From an uncultured Nitrososphaeraceae archaeon (GTDB lineage Archaea > Thermoproteota > Nitrososphaeria > Nitrososphaerales > Nitrososphaeraceae), in contig CAWKJS010000035.1 in NCBI GenBank assembly GCA_963850055.1, positions 5,226-69,225 of the forward strand: 64,000 nt of DNA, read 5' to 3'. Under the pieces are notes generated by a model. The model was not told where the DNA came from, ran no database searches, and saw only the letters and a list, made by a program, of their open reading frames with translations. This document shows positions 53,839 to 63,575 of the stretch, in pieces; positions within the stretch are counted from its first letter, which is position 1, and each line of letters opens with the position of its first letter. Both the position numbers and the translations under genes were made by a program.

Positions 53839-54219
53839 TTGTTACATAATATCATTGCTATCATAGCCATTTCATTCATTATAGTTGGTGGTTTATGGGG
53901 TATTGGTAATTTATTAAATGCTCCTCAGGAAAAAAATATCCAAAAGTCAAATGATTCGATCCTATTAATAGCTCAAAATAATGCTTTTAACCAGACCAAT
54001 CCAACTTTATATGTGAATTCAAGTCAACCTACCAGACTAATAATTCTTAATAAAGACTTTGTGAAACATGATTTCATTTCCGAGGAACTAGGCATCAATA
54101 CTGCTTACTTGACAACAGAGCAAGATTTTGTTACAGGAATTGCAAGTAATAAAACAGGTAACTACACTTATTATTGTTCTTTTCATCCCGAAATGAAGGG
54201 AGAAATTGTTATAAAATGA
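53839..54219 (+). CDS. Membrane-anchored cupredoxin (blue copper) protein
   Basis: HDF plus YYCSFHPEM type-1 copper ligands. Confidence 0.85.
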   Translation: MLHNIIAIIAISFIIVGGLWGIGNLLNAPQEKNIQKSNDSILLIAQNNAFNQTNPTLYVNSSQPTRLIILNKDFVKHDFISEELGINTAYLTTEQDFVTGIASNKTGNYTYYCSFHPEMKGEIVIK

Positions 54220-54349
54220 TCAAAAAATATGATGTAACATGAAATCACAAATATATATTAAAGAGCGATTTTCTACTTTATACTGTTTTAAACTCAGGAT
54301 AATGTGAATTTCTGCTAAAATATTATTAAATAACCTTTTATCTTTTTAC

Positions 54350-54919
54350 TTGCTAAGCGATTACTACATGTACAACCCTTCAGAGGATACTTATTTCATG
54401 GAGGATATTCTCGCAAATTATAGAGGTAAAATTGCCCTTGAGGTGGGTATTGGATCTGGATACTTGACTAGATTATTATGTACAAACTTTGAGTTTGTTG
54501 TCGGAACTGATATTGATGTTAATTCTATCATTTATGCTAAAAATAATACTCTGGCAAATATTAGTAACAAACTGTTGGTTTGTTCTGATTTGAGTCTACC
54601 ATTAAAATGTAAATTTGATTTGATTATTAGCAATCCACCGTATTTACCAACGGAATTTGGTAGTCTTGATGATATTGCGGTTTATGGAGGAAAAAAAGGA
54701 ATCGAATTGACTATTCGATTATTGAGATCAATTCAATTGCAACTTAGCGGAAGGGGGAAAATTGTGATAATGAGATCAACCTTATCAGATCTTAAAAAAA
54801 TGGATGATTTCATTGATAAATTATTTTTAAACAACAAAATAATCGCAAAAAAAACATTCTTCTTTGAATCTTTAGAAATATTGGAACTCTCTGGCGTAAG
54901 AAATTGTTCTATGACTTGA
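54350..54919 (+). CDS. HemK2/MTQ2 family methyltransferase
   Basis: YNPSEDTY, LEVGIGSG, SNPPY. Confidence 0.88.
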   Translation: MLSDYYMYNPSEDTYFMEDILANYRGKIALEVGIGSGYLTRLLCTNFEFVVGTDIDVNSIIYAKNNTLANISNKLLVCSDLSLPLKCKFDLIISNPPYLPTEFGSLDDIAVYGGKKGIELTIRLLRSIQLQLSGRGKIVIMRSTLSDLKKMDDFIDKLFLNNKIIAKKTFFFESLEILELSGVRNCSMT

Positions 54920-55022
54920 TTATCTGATGTAAAAAGAAAAGATATGTGATCAGAACCATAACAATAAAAAGAAAAACGCGAACACAAAAGGGATCAGTTG
55001 ACTTTTGTTATGGATTTTGGGA

Positions 55023-56048
55023 TCACTTTTTGATTAATGCTGCTGACCTTTGAGCGATTGCCTCTGCCATTTTTGATAATGATGATGATCCACCAAGATC
55101 GTATGTCAAAAACTTTCCCTCGTCAATCGTTTGTTCAGTGGCTTTGAAAATTGCTTCTGAAATATACTTCTCTCCTAAGTATTCGACCATCCAAGCACCT
55201 GACAATATTGTTGCCACTGGATTTACCTTGTCTTGTCTAGCATGCTTTGGAGCGCTTCCATGAGCAGGTTCAAACATTGCATATGTATCACCATAATTTC
55301 CAGAATAAACATTGCCGATTGACCCTACATGTCCTGATGCACATTCAGAGATTATATCCATAAATAAATTTGTACTAAGTAGTAAACTATTGTTGAATCT
55401 TTCTGGATTCTTGACTAGTTGTTGAGTCATGTTATCGATATAATATTCTTCGACTTCGATGTCTGGATATGTTTTGTTTGTTTCCACTACTGCATTCCAA
55501 AAAATCCCATCAGTTTCTTTTAAAATATTTCGTTTAGTTATTGCAAATATTTTTTTAAATCCTTTTTCTTTAGCTATTTCAAAGCCCTTTTTGACTACCC
55601 TTCTGCAACCCTTCCCAGTGGTTTTTCTAATTGCTATGGCCGAATCATCACTTGTCTTAAACTCAATACCCGCATACAGCCCTTCTGTTGATTCTCTTAC
55701 ACAAATAAAATTTAGCTGTAATTTCGAAATCTTGTATGTTTTGATCGGACGGATGTTTGCGTAAAGTTGAAATTTTTGTCTAATGCTTACGGCAACACTT
55801 CTGGGTGCATCAGGATTTGGGACTGTAGTGGTGGGACCTTTAAAACAGGCATCGGATGATTTCAGAGTATCCCAGACCTCATTTGAGATATAAGAATTAC
55901 CTCCATTTTTTTCCCACCATTCAGAACCTGCTTCACATGTTATTAATTCAACGTTAGTATTACATGATTTTAAAACTTTAATCATCGCGCTAACTAATTC
56001 AGGACCAGTACCGTCACCATTTATTATAGCAGCTTTTTTATTGCTCAA
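55023..56048 (-). CDS. Isocitrate/isopropylmalate/homoisocitrate dehydrogenase family
   Basis: GDGTGPE, LYANIRP, RESTEGLY, NLFMDIIS, EPAHGSAP; substrate not resolved. Confidence 0.9.
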   Translation of the reverse strand: MSNKKAAIINGDGTGPELVSAMIKVLKSCNTNVELITCEAGSEWWEKNGGNSYISNEVWDTLKSSDACFKGPTTTVPNPDAPRSVAVSIRQKFQLYANIRPIKTYKISKLQLNFICVRESTEGLYAGIEFKTSDDSAIAIRKTTGKGCRRVVKKGFEIAKEKGFKKIFAITKRNILKETDGIFWNAVVETNKTYPDIEVEEYYIDNMTQQLVKNPERFNNSLLLSTNLFMDIISECASGHVGSIGNVYSGNYGDTYAMFEPAHGSAPKHARQDKVNPVATILSGAWMVEYLGEKYISEAIFKATEQTIDEGKFLTYDLGGSSSLSKMAEAIAQRSAALIKK

Positions 56049-56093
56049 ATGAACTCAAAAAATGTTTGATTATATTCATATTTATTTTTTCAG

Positions 56094-56670
56094 TTACTTT
56101 GGGATAAAATCAATTCTCCCAAAAAAAGCATTGGAAAATGGTGGGAACTCGCTATTATTTACAATTTTAGTAAACTCTCCTTTATCTGAATAATACGAAT
56201 ACTGGATGTCATAATCGGCAAGTTCTAAGAGTACTATTTACATATTTGCCCGTAGAATTATCTACCAAATTAACAGTTTTATTATCATATGAATAGATTT
56301 TCATCAAATCAGGTAAGGACAAATGAACCGGTCTAATATATTGGACATGAAGAGTATCACCTATCGAATCAGTATGAATTGGTTTTAAACAATCTTTCCC
56401 CTCTACGAGTTGCTTGCCTACGTTGCCAGGGAACAAATATTGTTTATTATCTACAAATAATTGGACTCTTGGATAAACATTGTAACTATCCAATGAATGT
56501 GCTTTGAGGCAGACGCTCAATATTTCTGGAGGTGGAACAATCTGTGTAAATACAAGTCCAAATAATACAGCTACCCCTATGATTATCGGAGGCAAAAGTA
56601 AATCCTTTTTACCCATTTTTTGGAAAAAATTCTTTTTTGGGGTCCCCTCCTTTATCTTTCTCTTGGGCAC
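56094..56670 (-). CDS. Membrane-anchored hypothetical protein; frameshift near 56230
   Basis: One TM, CLKPIHTD; shifted frame continues LELADYDIQYSYYSDKGEF..DFIPK* to 56094. Confidence 0.65.
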
Positions 56671-56790
56671 AAATTCAGTATTCTTCTAACAATATAAATT
56701 CTTTAGAAATCCTGACAAAATACAATCACTTTTATCCTTATGACAAAAAATAAAAAAAATAAATGTAAAATAGTTTTTTAATAATAGTAG

Positions 56791-57201
56791 TTGTTGGACG
56801 TACATATTGATGGTGCAAGTAGAGGAAACCCTGGATTATCTGCCATAGGCATCATGATAAAAAGTGACGATAAAATAATAAAAGAACACTGTGAATTTAT
56901 AGGTATCCGGACCAATAATCAAGCAGAATATGAAGCATTACGGCGAGCCCTTGAAATCTGTACAGACATGGATGGTGAGGTAAATATTCTATCAGATAGT
57001 GAATTATTGATAAATCAGAGAAACTTAAAGTACAGAATACGAAGTCAAGAACTAAAAATAATTTCCAGAGAAATTACAAATCTAGAAAAAAACTATGATA
57101 AGATTACATACAAACATATTCCTAGAATTAAAAATAGTCGTGCGGATTATCTTGCAAACAAAGCTCTCGATAAATACGTTGGTGCAAACTCAAAGAATTG
57201 A
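56791..57201 (+). CDS. rnhA: Ribonuclease HI
   Basis: DGASRGNPG, TNNQAEYEAL, SDSEL, HIPR..N.RADYLAN. Confidence 0.92.
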   Translation: MLDVHIDGASRGNPGLSAIGIMIKSDDKIIKEHCEFIGIRTNNQAEYEALRRALEICTDMDGEVNILSDSELLINQRNLKYRIRSQELKIISREITNLEKNYDKITYKHIPRIKNSRADYLANKALDKYVGANSKN

Positions 57202-57334
57202 CCATTATTAATCAGAAATTTGTCGCCGGTTATAAAACCAATATTTGTCATTTTCAATGTATAAACGTACCTAATACACAGTACACTTTGGAATCGAAAA
57301 ATCAAATAATCGGTAGATAATATACAGATGCGTA

Positions 57335-57400
57335 GGCGGCTATGAGGAATCAGAGTTATCACGTATTCAATATGAAGAAAAGGCATTTGACTGAGCCGCC
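57335..57400 (+). ncRNA. C/D box sRNA, probably guiding 23S rRNA methylation near helices 69-71
   Basis: Terminal stem GGCGGC/GCCGCC; C ATGAGGA 57342-57348; C' ATGAAGA 57372-57378; D CTGA 57391-57394; guides TCAGAGTTATC and AAGGCATTTG. Confidence 0.75.
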
Positions 57401-57412
57401 AAAACATTGTAT

Positions 57413-58534
57413 TTAAAGAGCGTTTATTTTCTTTACGATTGTAAGGACATCTTCATCAATAATTTTGTGTTCTAGCCCTACCTTTTGACCTCCAAATTTT
57501 ACGCTTTTGCCCCATACCTGAGCGAACTTAAAGTCTCTGACCATGTTTCTATGAATCTTGTTACAAATATTCTGGACAGTACTATTCCTAGGCATTATTA
57601 GAGGCTCTTCCAAATCTGCATCTTGTCCTTTGGGTTTCATGTATATTCGAACAAAGTCTAATTTATTGTAGATTTCCCGTTTAAGAAGTTGTATATTCTT
57701 GTTTGTGTCTGCCGACACGGCTGTATATGGAATTTTAAGCTTAGAAGTTGCCATCTTGAGATATTCTGTATCAACCAAATCGATTTTATTTATAACTGCT
57801 AACGAAGGGATGTAAACTCGATTCCCAGATAAAACATCTATCAACTGGTCAATCGTAAGACCTCTTTCTCGTATGGTTATACGACCGTTGTGGATACCGT
57901 TTATTCGCATCACATTTCTGATAAAGTTTTCATCAGCTTGTATTGGAACCTGAATATTTACCGAAATACCTCCTGTGACAGTCTTTTCTACAATAATATC
58001 AGGAGGCTTTTCATCAACCTTCACTCCTATTTCCGATAGTTCCTTTTTTATTACCTCAAGATGGTTGATCTGGAATACATCTAGGATAATTAAAACTAAA
58101 TCTGCATTTCTGGCAACAGATAATACTCTTTTTCCCAAACCTTTGCCCGCAGCTGCACCTTCAATTATACCTGGTAAATCCAAAATCTGGATCCGTGCGC
58201 CATTATAGTCTAACATACCTGGCACAGCAGTTAATGTAGTAAATGAGTACGCTGCTGTTTTAGATTTTGCGTTTGTTAATGCATTCAATAAAGTGGATTT
58301 CCCTACACTGGGAAATCCTATCAAGACGACAGTGCCATCTCCGGCTTTTCTAACGTCAAAGCCCGCACTACCGCCTCCAGTAGCGACGGTCTTTCCATGG
58401 GTATTTTCTTCTTGTTCTTTCTTTAACTTTGCTATCTTGGCCTTTAGAATGCCTACGTGGAACTCTGTTGCTTTATTTATCTGAGTTTTGTGTATCTCAT
58501 CTTGAATGGCCTGGATTTTTTCTGGTATTCCCAT
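57413..58534 (-). CDS. DRG/OBG-family GTPase with TGS domain
   Basis: KTQINKATEFH, GFPSVGKST, FTT, DLPG, NKID, VWGKSVKF. Confidence 0.93.
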   Translation of the reverse strand: MGIPEKIQAIQDEIHKTQINKATEFHVGILKAKIAKLKKEQEENTHGKTVATGGGSAGFDVRKAGDGTVVLIGFPSVGKSTLLNALTNAKSKTAAYSFTTLTAVPGMLDYNGARIQILDLPGIIEGAAAGKGLGKRVLSVARNADLVLIILDVFQINHLEVIKKELSEIGVKVDEKPPDIIVEKTVTGGISVNIQVPIQADENFIRNVMRINGIHNGRITIRERGLTIDQLIDVLSGNRVYIPSLAVINKIDLVDTEYLKMATSKLKIPYTAVSADTNKNIQLLKREIYNKLDFVRIYMKPKGQDADLEEPLIMPRNSTVQNICNKIHRNMVRDFKFAQVWGKSVKFGGQKVGLEHKIIDEDVLTIVKKINAL

Positions 58535-58605
58535 GGGTTTTAATATTCGTTTATAAAAATAACAATAAAAATTTTGTTAATAGTGGCTTAATTGCCCCTC
58601 CTTTG

Positions 58606-59160
58606 TTATTTCAATACCATGAAAAATTTCAAACCGTATACTATTGCAACGGTGGTAATGAACCCTAGCATCCCTAACCATGGCAATGCCGGAATCTTGG
58701 GGGTTTTTATTTTTATTTGATGATCTTCTACAATATTTGTGATGTAATCCTTGACAATCGAATGCCATAATTGATATTCGATACGGTGTTTTTTTAAGAT
58801 GGTCTCAATTTCATATACTACAGGAACTCTCACTGATTTTATATGTTGTAAATAATTTCTAGAGATTTCGACCTCCGCATGGATTCCAATCAAACCTTGA
58901 TTAAAATCTAGGAGTCTTACATGCATTTCCCATGGTTTTTTTAGTTTTTTTGAGAACCCACTACCAATTTGAGTAGGCTTTTTATGTTCAAATTTTACCA
59001 TTTTAAATCCTTCAGAAACTAGTGTATTGACAATTTCATCTTTTCTTATTTTAACCATCAAAAATAAATGATCTAGCTCTACCTCTTCTCTTTTAATAAG
59101 ATTCTGAATCCCTTGTAGAAGATTCATTCTTCTAGGATATAATGTAGAAAATTCAGCCAT
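58606..59160 (-). CDS. Hypothetical protein with C-terminal TM helix
   Basis: 184 aa; PWEMHVRL; terminal hydrophobic helix. Confidence 0.75.
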   Translation of the reverse strand: MAEFSTLYPRRMNLLQGIQNLIKREEVELDHLFLMVKIRKDEIVNTLVSEGFKMVKFEHKKPTQIGSGFSKKLKKPWEMHVRLLDFNQGLIGIHAEVEISRNYLQHIKSVRVPVVYEIETILKKHRIEYQLWHSIVKDYITNIVEDHQIKIKTPKIPALPWLGMLGFITTVAIVYGLKFFMVLK

Positions 59161-59230
59161 TAACAGTTTTCTCCAATTACAATTACTATAATATTGTCTG
59201 ACTATTTATAATTTAAAAGATTAAAACTTT

Positions 59231-60004
59231 TCAAATATATGATGGAGCTATTCTCTTTGAAAGTCCTCGTACATAAATGTCAAATTTGCTATCCATGTTC
59301 AGGGTATCGCTAGAGACAGGATTGTCAGACATCTTAATATTTAATCCCCTTATTATTATGACTGGTGTCGATGCGTCAGATTCTCCCATTATCATCGTCC
59401 CGATGGAAGCCAGACAATCTGCAAGATTTTGAGATGTATATTTTAGAACATTTCCAAAAAGATCAAAAGTCCCTTTCAGATCTATTACTGGTTCAAACCC
59501 ACAGCAAGCTAATGCAATGCCTACTGTACCTTTTCTCATAGGTAAGATTCTACTATCTGACAATACAATTCCTACCCTTTTCCAAGAATTTATCAAAAAT
59601 TTCAGTTTGAGGATCTCTATGGAGTGGTACGGATATTTTGGATACAAAACAACACTACCATTGGGTACATTTGACTTATCAATGCCTGCATTGGGAGCCA
59701 AAACTTTATGAACGGCTGTTAGGACAAAGCCGTATAATCCACCAAAAATTTCATCAGACTCCCTGAGTATTAGTTCCATTATTTTTGGATCTATGTGATA
59801 AAATTTGGATGCTTGAATAGCCTGACTACTTGGTTTTATCCCAGTTAATTTCTTGATTCTACCTTCACTTATCGAGAGATATTTGCTTGATATAACCAGC
59901 ACATCGTTATCTTCGATGTTTATTTTTTCCATGTTCTTGCTAATTTTATCATACATATCAAATTCTGATGATTCTCTATCTAGGTGGATGGGGATAACTT
60001 CCAA
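59231..60004 (-). CDS. cofE: Coenzyme F420-0:L-glutamate ligase
   Basis: VISSK..SEGR, PNAGIDKSN, DSR..PMRKG, DLFG, MGESD. Confidence 0.92.
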   Translation of the reverse strand: MEVIPIHLDRESSEFDMYDKISKNMEKINIEDNDVLVISSKYLSISEGRIKKLTGIKPSSQAIQASKFYHIDPKIMELILRESDEIFGGLYGFVLTAVHKVLAPNAGIDKSNVPNGSVVLYPKYPYHSIEILKLKFLINSWKRVGIVLSDSRILPMRKGTVGIALACCGFEPVIDLKGTFDLFGNVLKYTSQNLADCLASIGTMIMGESDASTPVIIIRGLNIKMSDNPVSSDTLNMDSKFDIYVRGLSKRIAPSYI

Positions 60005-60122
60005 ATTATGGTATTTCTCAAACCAACCTATATAATTAATTTTATCATGATGGACTTCAAATTCTTTTTAAACTAAATTCAAAAAGTATTAATCTTTAGC
60101 AGTCATATTTAATCATATTACT

Positions 60123-61400
60123 ATGGGAATGACATTAACCGAAAAAATCCTATCTCATTCCTCAAATTCAAAAACGGTTACTCCTGGAGACATCATCTTT
60201 TCCAACGTTGATAAAGCCATGATTCATGATGTTTCAGGTCCTGGAGTTATCAAGGTGTTTAAGGAATTGGAAAAAAAGGGCCATAAATTGGAAAGATTGT
60301 GGGACCCTGACAGAGTATGGATTTCTGAAGATCACTTTGTTCCAGCCTCTGATAGAATTTCTGCTGACAATGTTATACAATTAACAAAATGGGCTCAAAA
60401 ATATGGTATTAAGAAACATTTCAAGTATGGAATGGGACAATATGGCATTTGTCATACGATTTCTCATGAAGAGGGGTTAGTGTTACCTGGAGAAGTTTAT
60501 GTTGGTGGAGATTCGCATACTAATACTACAGGTGCAATTGGTGCTTTTAGTGCAGGGCTTGGTCATACAGATATTGCGTATGTTTTAAAACATGGTAAAA
60601 TATGGTTTAAGGTACCCGAAACTATATTATTTAAGGTAACAGGAAAAAAACCAGATTATATTATGGCCAAAGATATTATCTTGAATATTATCTCTGATAT
60701 AGGGACCGATGGTGCAAATTATAAAGCGATGCAATTTAGTGGTAGTGTTATAGATGGTATGGAAATGGAGGAAAGGTTTACTTTAACTAATATGACTACT
60801 GAGGCAGGTGCAAAAAACGGAATTATTGAACCAGATAGCACTACTGTGGATTATTTAAGGACAAGACTCGGGGCATTAAACTTTAATCTAATTAAAGGAG
60901 ATCCAAATGCCGAATTTAGTGAAATATTTGATTATGATTGCCAAAAAATGGAGCCTTCTGTGGCAAAACCGTACTCGCCGGAGAATGTTGTCCCAGTAAG
61001 AGAGGTTCAAGGCACAGAAATAGACAAAGCGTATATAGGATCTTGTACTGGTGCAAAGCTTTCTGACCTCAGATCTGCAGCCAAGATCTTGGAAGGAAAA
61101 AAAGTTAAAGTACAAACTGAGGTACTCCCTGCTGCTCAATCAATCTATATGAAGGCTATTAAAGAAGGCTTGGTTACCATTTTTATGGAGTCTGGAGCAG
61201 TTATTGGTCCACCTACATGTGGAGCTTGTTGTGGTGCTCATATGGGTGTTTTAGGTAAAGATGAAATTTGTGCAAGTACAACTAACAGAAATTTTCCAGG
61301 TAGAATGGGAGATTTAACGTCTCAAACATATCTTGCCTCCCCGATGGTTGTAGCTGCGTCAGCGATTACCGGAAAATTAACGGACCCGAGAGATTTATGA
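60123..61400 (+). CDS. leuC: 3-isopropylmalate dehydratase / homoaconitase large subunit
   Basis: DHFVP, GICH, GDSHT, IGSCT, CGACCG, TTNRNFPGRMG; homoaconitase role not excluded. Confidence 0.9.
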   Translation: MGMTLTEKILSHSSNSKTVTPGDIIFSNVDKAMIHDVSGPGVIKVFKELEKKGHKLERLWDPDRVWISEDHFVPASDRISADNVIQLTKWAQKYGIKKHFKYGMGQYGICHTISHEEGLVLPGEVYVGGDSHTNTTGAIGAFSAGLGHTDIAYVLKHGKIWFKVPETILFKVTGKKPDYIMAKDIILNIISDIGTDGANYKAMQFSGSVIDGMEMEERFTLTNMTTEAGAKNGIIEPDSTTVDYLRTRLGALNFNLIKGDPNAEFSEIFDYDCQKMEPSVAKPYSPENVVPVREVQGTEIDKAYIGSCTGAKLSDLRSAAKILEGKKVKVQTEVLPAAQSIYMKAIKEGLVTIFMESGAVIGPPTCGACCGAHMGVLGKDEICASTTNRNFPGRMGDLTSQTYLASPMVVAASAITGKLTDPRDL

Positions 61401-61891
61401 TGGTTTTAAAAGGTATTGTGCATAAATACAATAGGCCGAATATAGACACGGATGTTATCATTCCAGGTCCGTATCTAAAAATTCATGATCATGACGAACT
61501 TGCAAAACATGCCATGGAAGGATTGGATACTAATTTTATCAACAAAGTTTCAAAAGGTGATTTTCTCTTGGTGGGTCATAATTTTGGGTGTGGATCAAGT
61601 CGAGAACATGCTCCAATTGCTCTATCAAAAACGGGTATTAAAGCTATTTTGTCTCCATCTTTTGCAAGAATCTTCTACAGAAATTCTATAGATGGTGGTT
61701 ATTTACTACCAATTGAAATTGAAGAAAATATTTTAGAAAAAATAGACGATAAGGATGAAATAGAAATTGATTTAGACGCAAACACCATTTTAAACGTTAC
61801 TAAAAAAGAATCATATTTAATCAAACCATTTAGTAAAATAATTTCTGATATCATAGAGGCCGGTGGGCTTTTTAACTATAAAATCCCTTGA
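61397..61891 (+). CDS. leuD: 3-isopropylmalate dehydratase / homoaconitase small subunit
   Basis: NIDTDVIIPGPYL, NFGCGSSREHA, FARIFYRN; ATGA overlap with large subunit. Confidence 0.9.
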   Translation: MMVLKGIVHKYNRPNIDTDVIIPGPYLKIHDHDELAKHAMEGLDTNFINKVSKGDFLLVGHNFGCGSSREHAPIALSKTGIKAILSPSFARIFYRNSIDGGYLLPIEIEENILEKIDDKDEIEIDLDANTILNVTKKESYLIKPFSKIISDIIEAGGLFNYKIP

Positions 61892-61971
61892 AAATATCAC
61901 GGCATTCAATTAAAAGATGAATGCTTAATATTTTTTACAAAATTCAATGAAGCTAGTCGGGATGTATTTTA

Positions 61972-62376
61972 CTAAGGTAGGAATTTGATGATTGCAATAT
62001 GTTTCCAGGATCTAAGGTACTCAAAATCTAATTTATTTTGAGAATGATAAAACATAATCTGTTCCTTTCTTTCTACGTCTATAACATCAAAGTTAGAGTA
62101 GTAGACTACGAGCTCAAATAAATCCAACTCTTCGAATCGTTTTACATGGGCCATCTGTATATTTCCGTGTCTAAAACATATTGAGTGTGCCAAGGCACAT
62201 GCAAATTCAATATTCTTTCCCTTGAAATTTTCGATTACAATATTCGAGGATATCGTTTCAAGCAATTCGATTCTATTTGATTGATGGCTAATATTGTAAT
62301 TATTTTGCATGGTTTCGCCTACTATCTTGTTCTCAAATAATACTTTTATTTCGCATTTATTAAAAAACGATTCCAT
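61972..62376 (-). CDS. Hypothetical protein (3' end possibly frameshifted, alternative stop at 61953)
   Basis: 134 aa ATG ORF, no recognised motif. Confidence 0.6.
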   Translation of the reverse strand: MESFFNKCEIKVLFENKIVGETMQNNYNISHQSNRIELLETISSNIVIENFKGKNIEFACALAHSICFRHGNIQMAHVKRFEELDLFELVVYYSNFDVIDVERKEQIMFYHSQNKLDFEYLRSWKHIAIIKFLP

Positions 62377-62577
62377 CAGATATTGCTGACTCCTCTCATT
62401 AAAAAATAATGCCGTCTCCCGGTCATTTATCTTGTGGAATTATTTACTAGTTTTTTGACTAGTCTTTTGACCTTAATATGAAATAGCTTTAATGCAAGAA
62501 AAAAATATTTTACATGAATAATCGCACCAAAAAACCAGTTCTACTCGATTTGAGTGAAATTTCTTAATTTTTATTTG

Positions 62578-63132
62578 TCACGAGTAGGTTCCAGTTAAGT
62601 CTCTATATACCTCAATTGCGCTTTCTATATTATTATTAATAATCGAATGAAATACTTTTCCACTTAAAGAATAACTAACCAAAAAAGGTTCATTTGTTAT
62701 AATACGCAATCCATTCCCAGAGAACTGGACACCACCGGTGTTTTTCGGCTCGTCAAGCAGATTAGTTGGAATTACCGCAGTATCGTTAATAGGAAATGTA
62801 TATAGTGTTCCAAATTGTACGGGTAGTTTCAAGCTATTATTTATAGTCAATATATTCAACGATTGTATTTGTACAGGTTTGCTCGAAGTAAAAGTCAATA
62901 CTCCTGAATAAGTAGTGCTTTCATTTTTGATTGGGAAAATAAAAAATGATTGTTCAAGCCCTGAATTGTGGAAGACATTGGGATTTGAGGATACTGTTCC
63001 ACTAAAAGAAACATCCTGAGACCCTTGACTGGTATTATTTATGCTAATTGTGGCTAAAACAGAAAGTGAAAAACCTGGTATTATACAAATAAAAGAAATT
63101 ACTAATAGTACAATTAGAGTGTGCTTTGGCAT
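62578..63132 (-). CDS. Exported hypothetical protein
   Basis: Signal peptide from MPKHTLIV; YSGVLTFTSSKPVQ; beta-rich. Confidence 0.7.
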   Translation of the reverse strand: MPKHTLIVLLVISFICIIPGFSLSVLATISINNTSQGSQDVSFSGTVSSNPNVFHNSGLEQSFFIFPIKNESTTYSGVLTFTSSKPVQIQSLNILTINNSLKLPVQFGTLYTFPINDTAVIPTNLLDEPKNTGGVQFSGNGLRIITNEPFLVSYSLSGKVFHSIINNNIESAIEVYRDLTGTYS

Positions 63133-63240
63133 TCTTAAAAAAGAACTGCATTGGAACTTGGTGCTGTTATAGATTGATACATTGATCATTAGACTAATTA
63201 AATATTTGATTCTCTGGTTGATAATTAAAACTATTAGAAT

Positions 63241-63417
63241 TTATTGAGTTAAATCAACAATGCTTTTCTGAATTACTTGCTTAGCTTCTTTTGAAATACT
63301 ATAACAATCAAGTATTTTTTTTGGGTTCATAATAAGCCGTTTCCTGAATTCAGGTTCCCTGGCTGCCTTAAGTAAAATCTCGCTTATAACTTCAGCTTCT
63401 AGATTGATAGAACTCAA
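63241..63417 (-). CDS. Small NHLP-leader-like (Os1348-type) protein
   Basis: From TTG at 63417: MSSINLEAEVISEILLKAAREPEFRKRLIMNPKKILDCYSISKEAK..; TTTATAT about 25-30 bp upstream. Confidence 0.6.
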   Translation of the reverse strand: MSSINLEAEVISEILLKAAREPEFRKRLIMNPKKILDCYSISKEAKQVIQKSIVDLTQ

Positions 63418-63575
63418 GTAGTTCCTCAAGAGGATTTGTAATATATAAACTTTTGCTATTCCAATCTGCATTTTATGAACCATTATTCCATCTATGCCGT
63501 TTGATTAAGTATTTTTATCATGTCAATCCAATAATTAAAATAATATCTTTTAGAAATGATGAATGTAAATTCTTA

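Noticed and set aside
57147-57407. 86-aa minus-strand ORF
   Set aside because: Antisense to the C/D sRNA and the rnhA end; atypical composition
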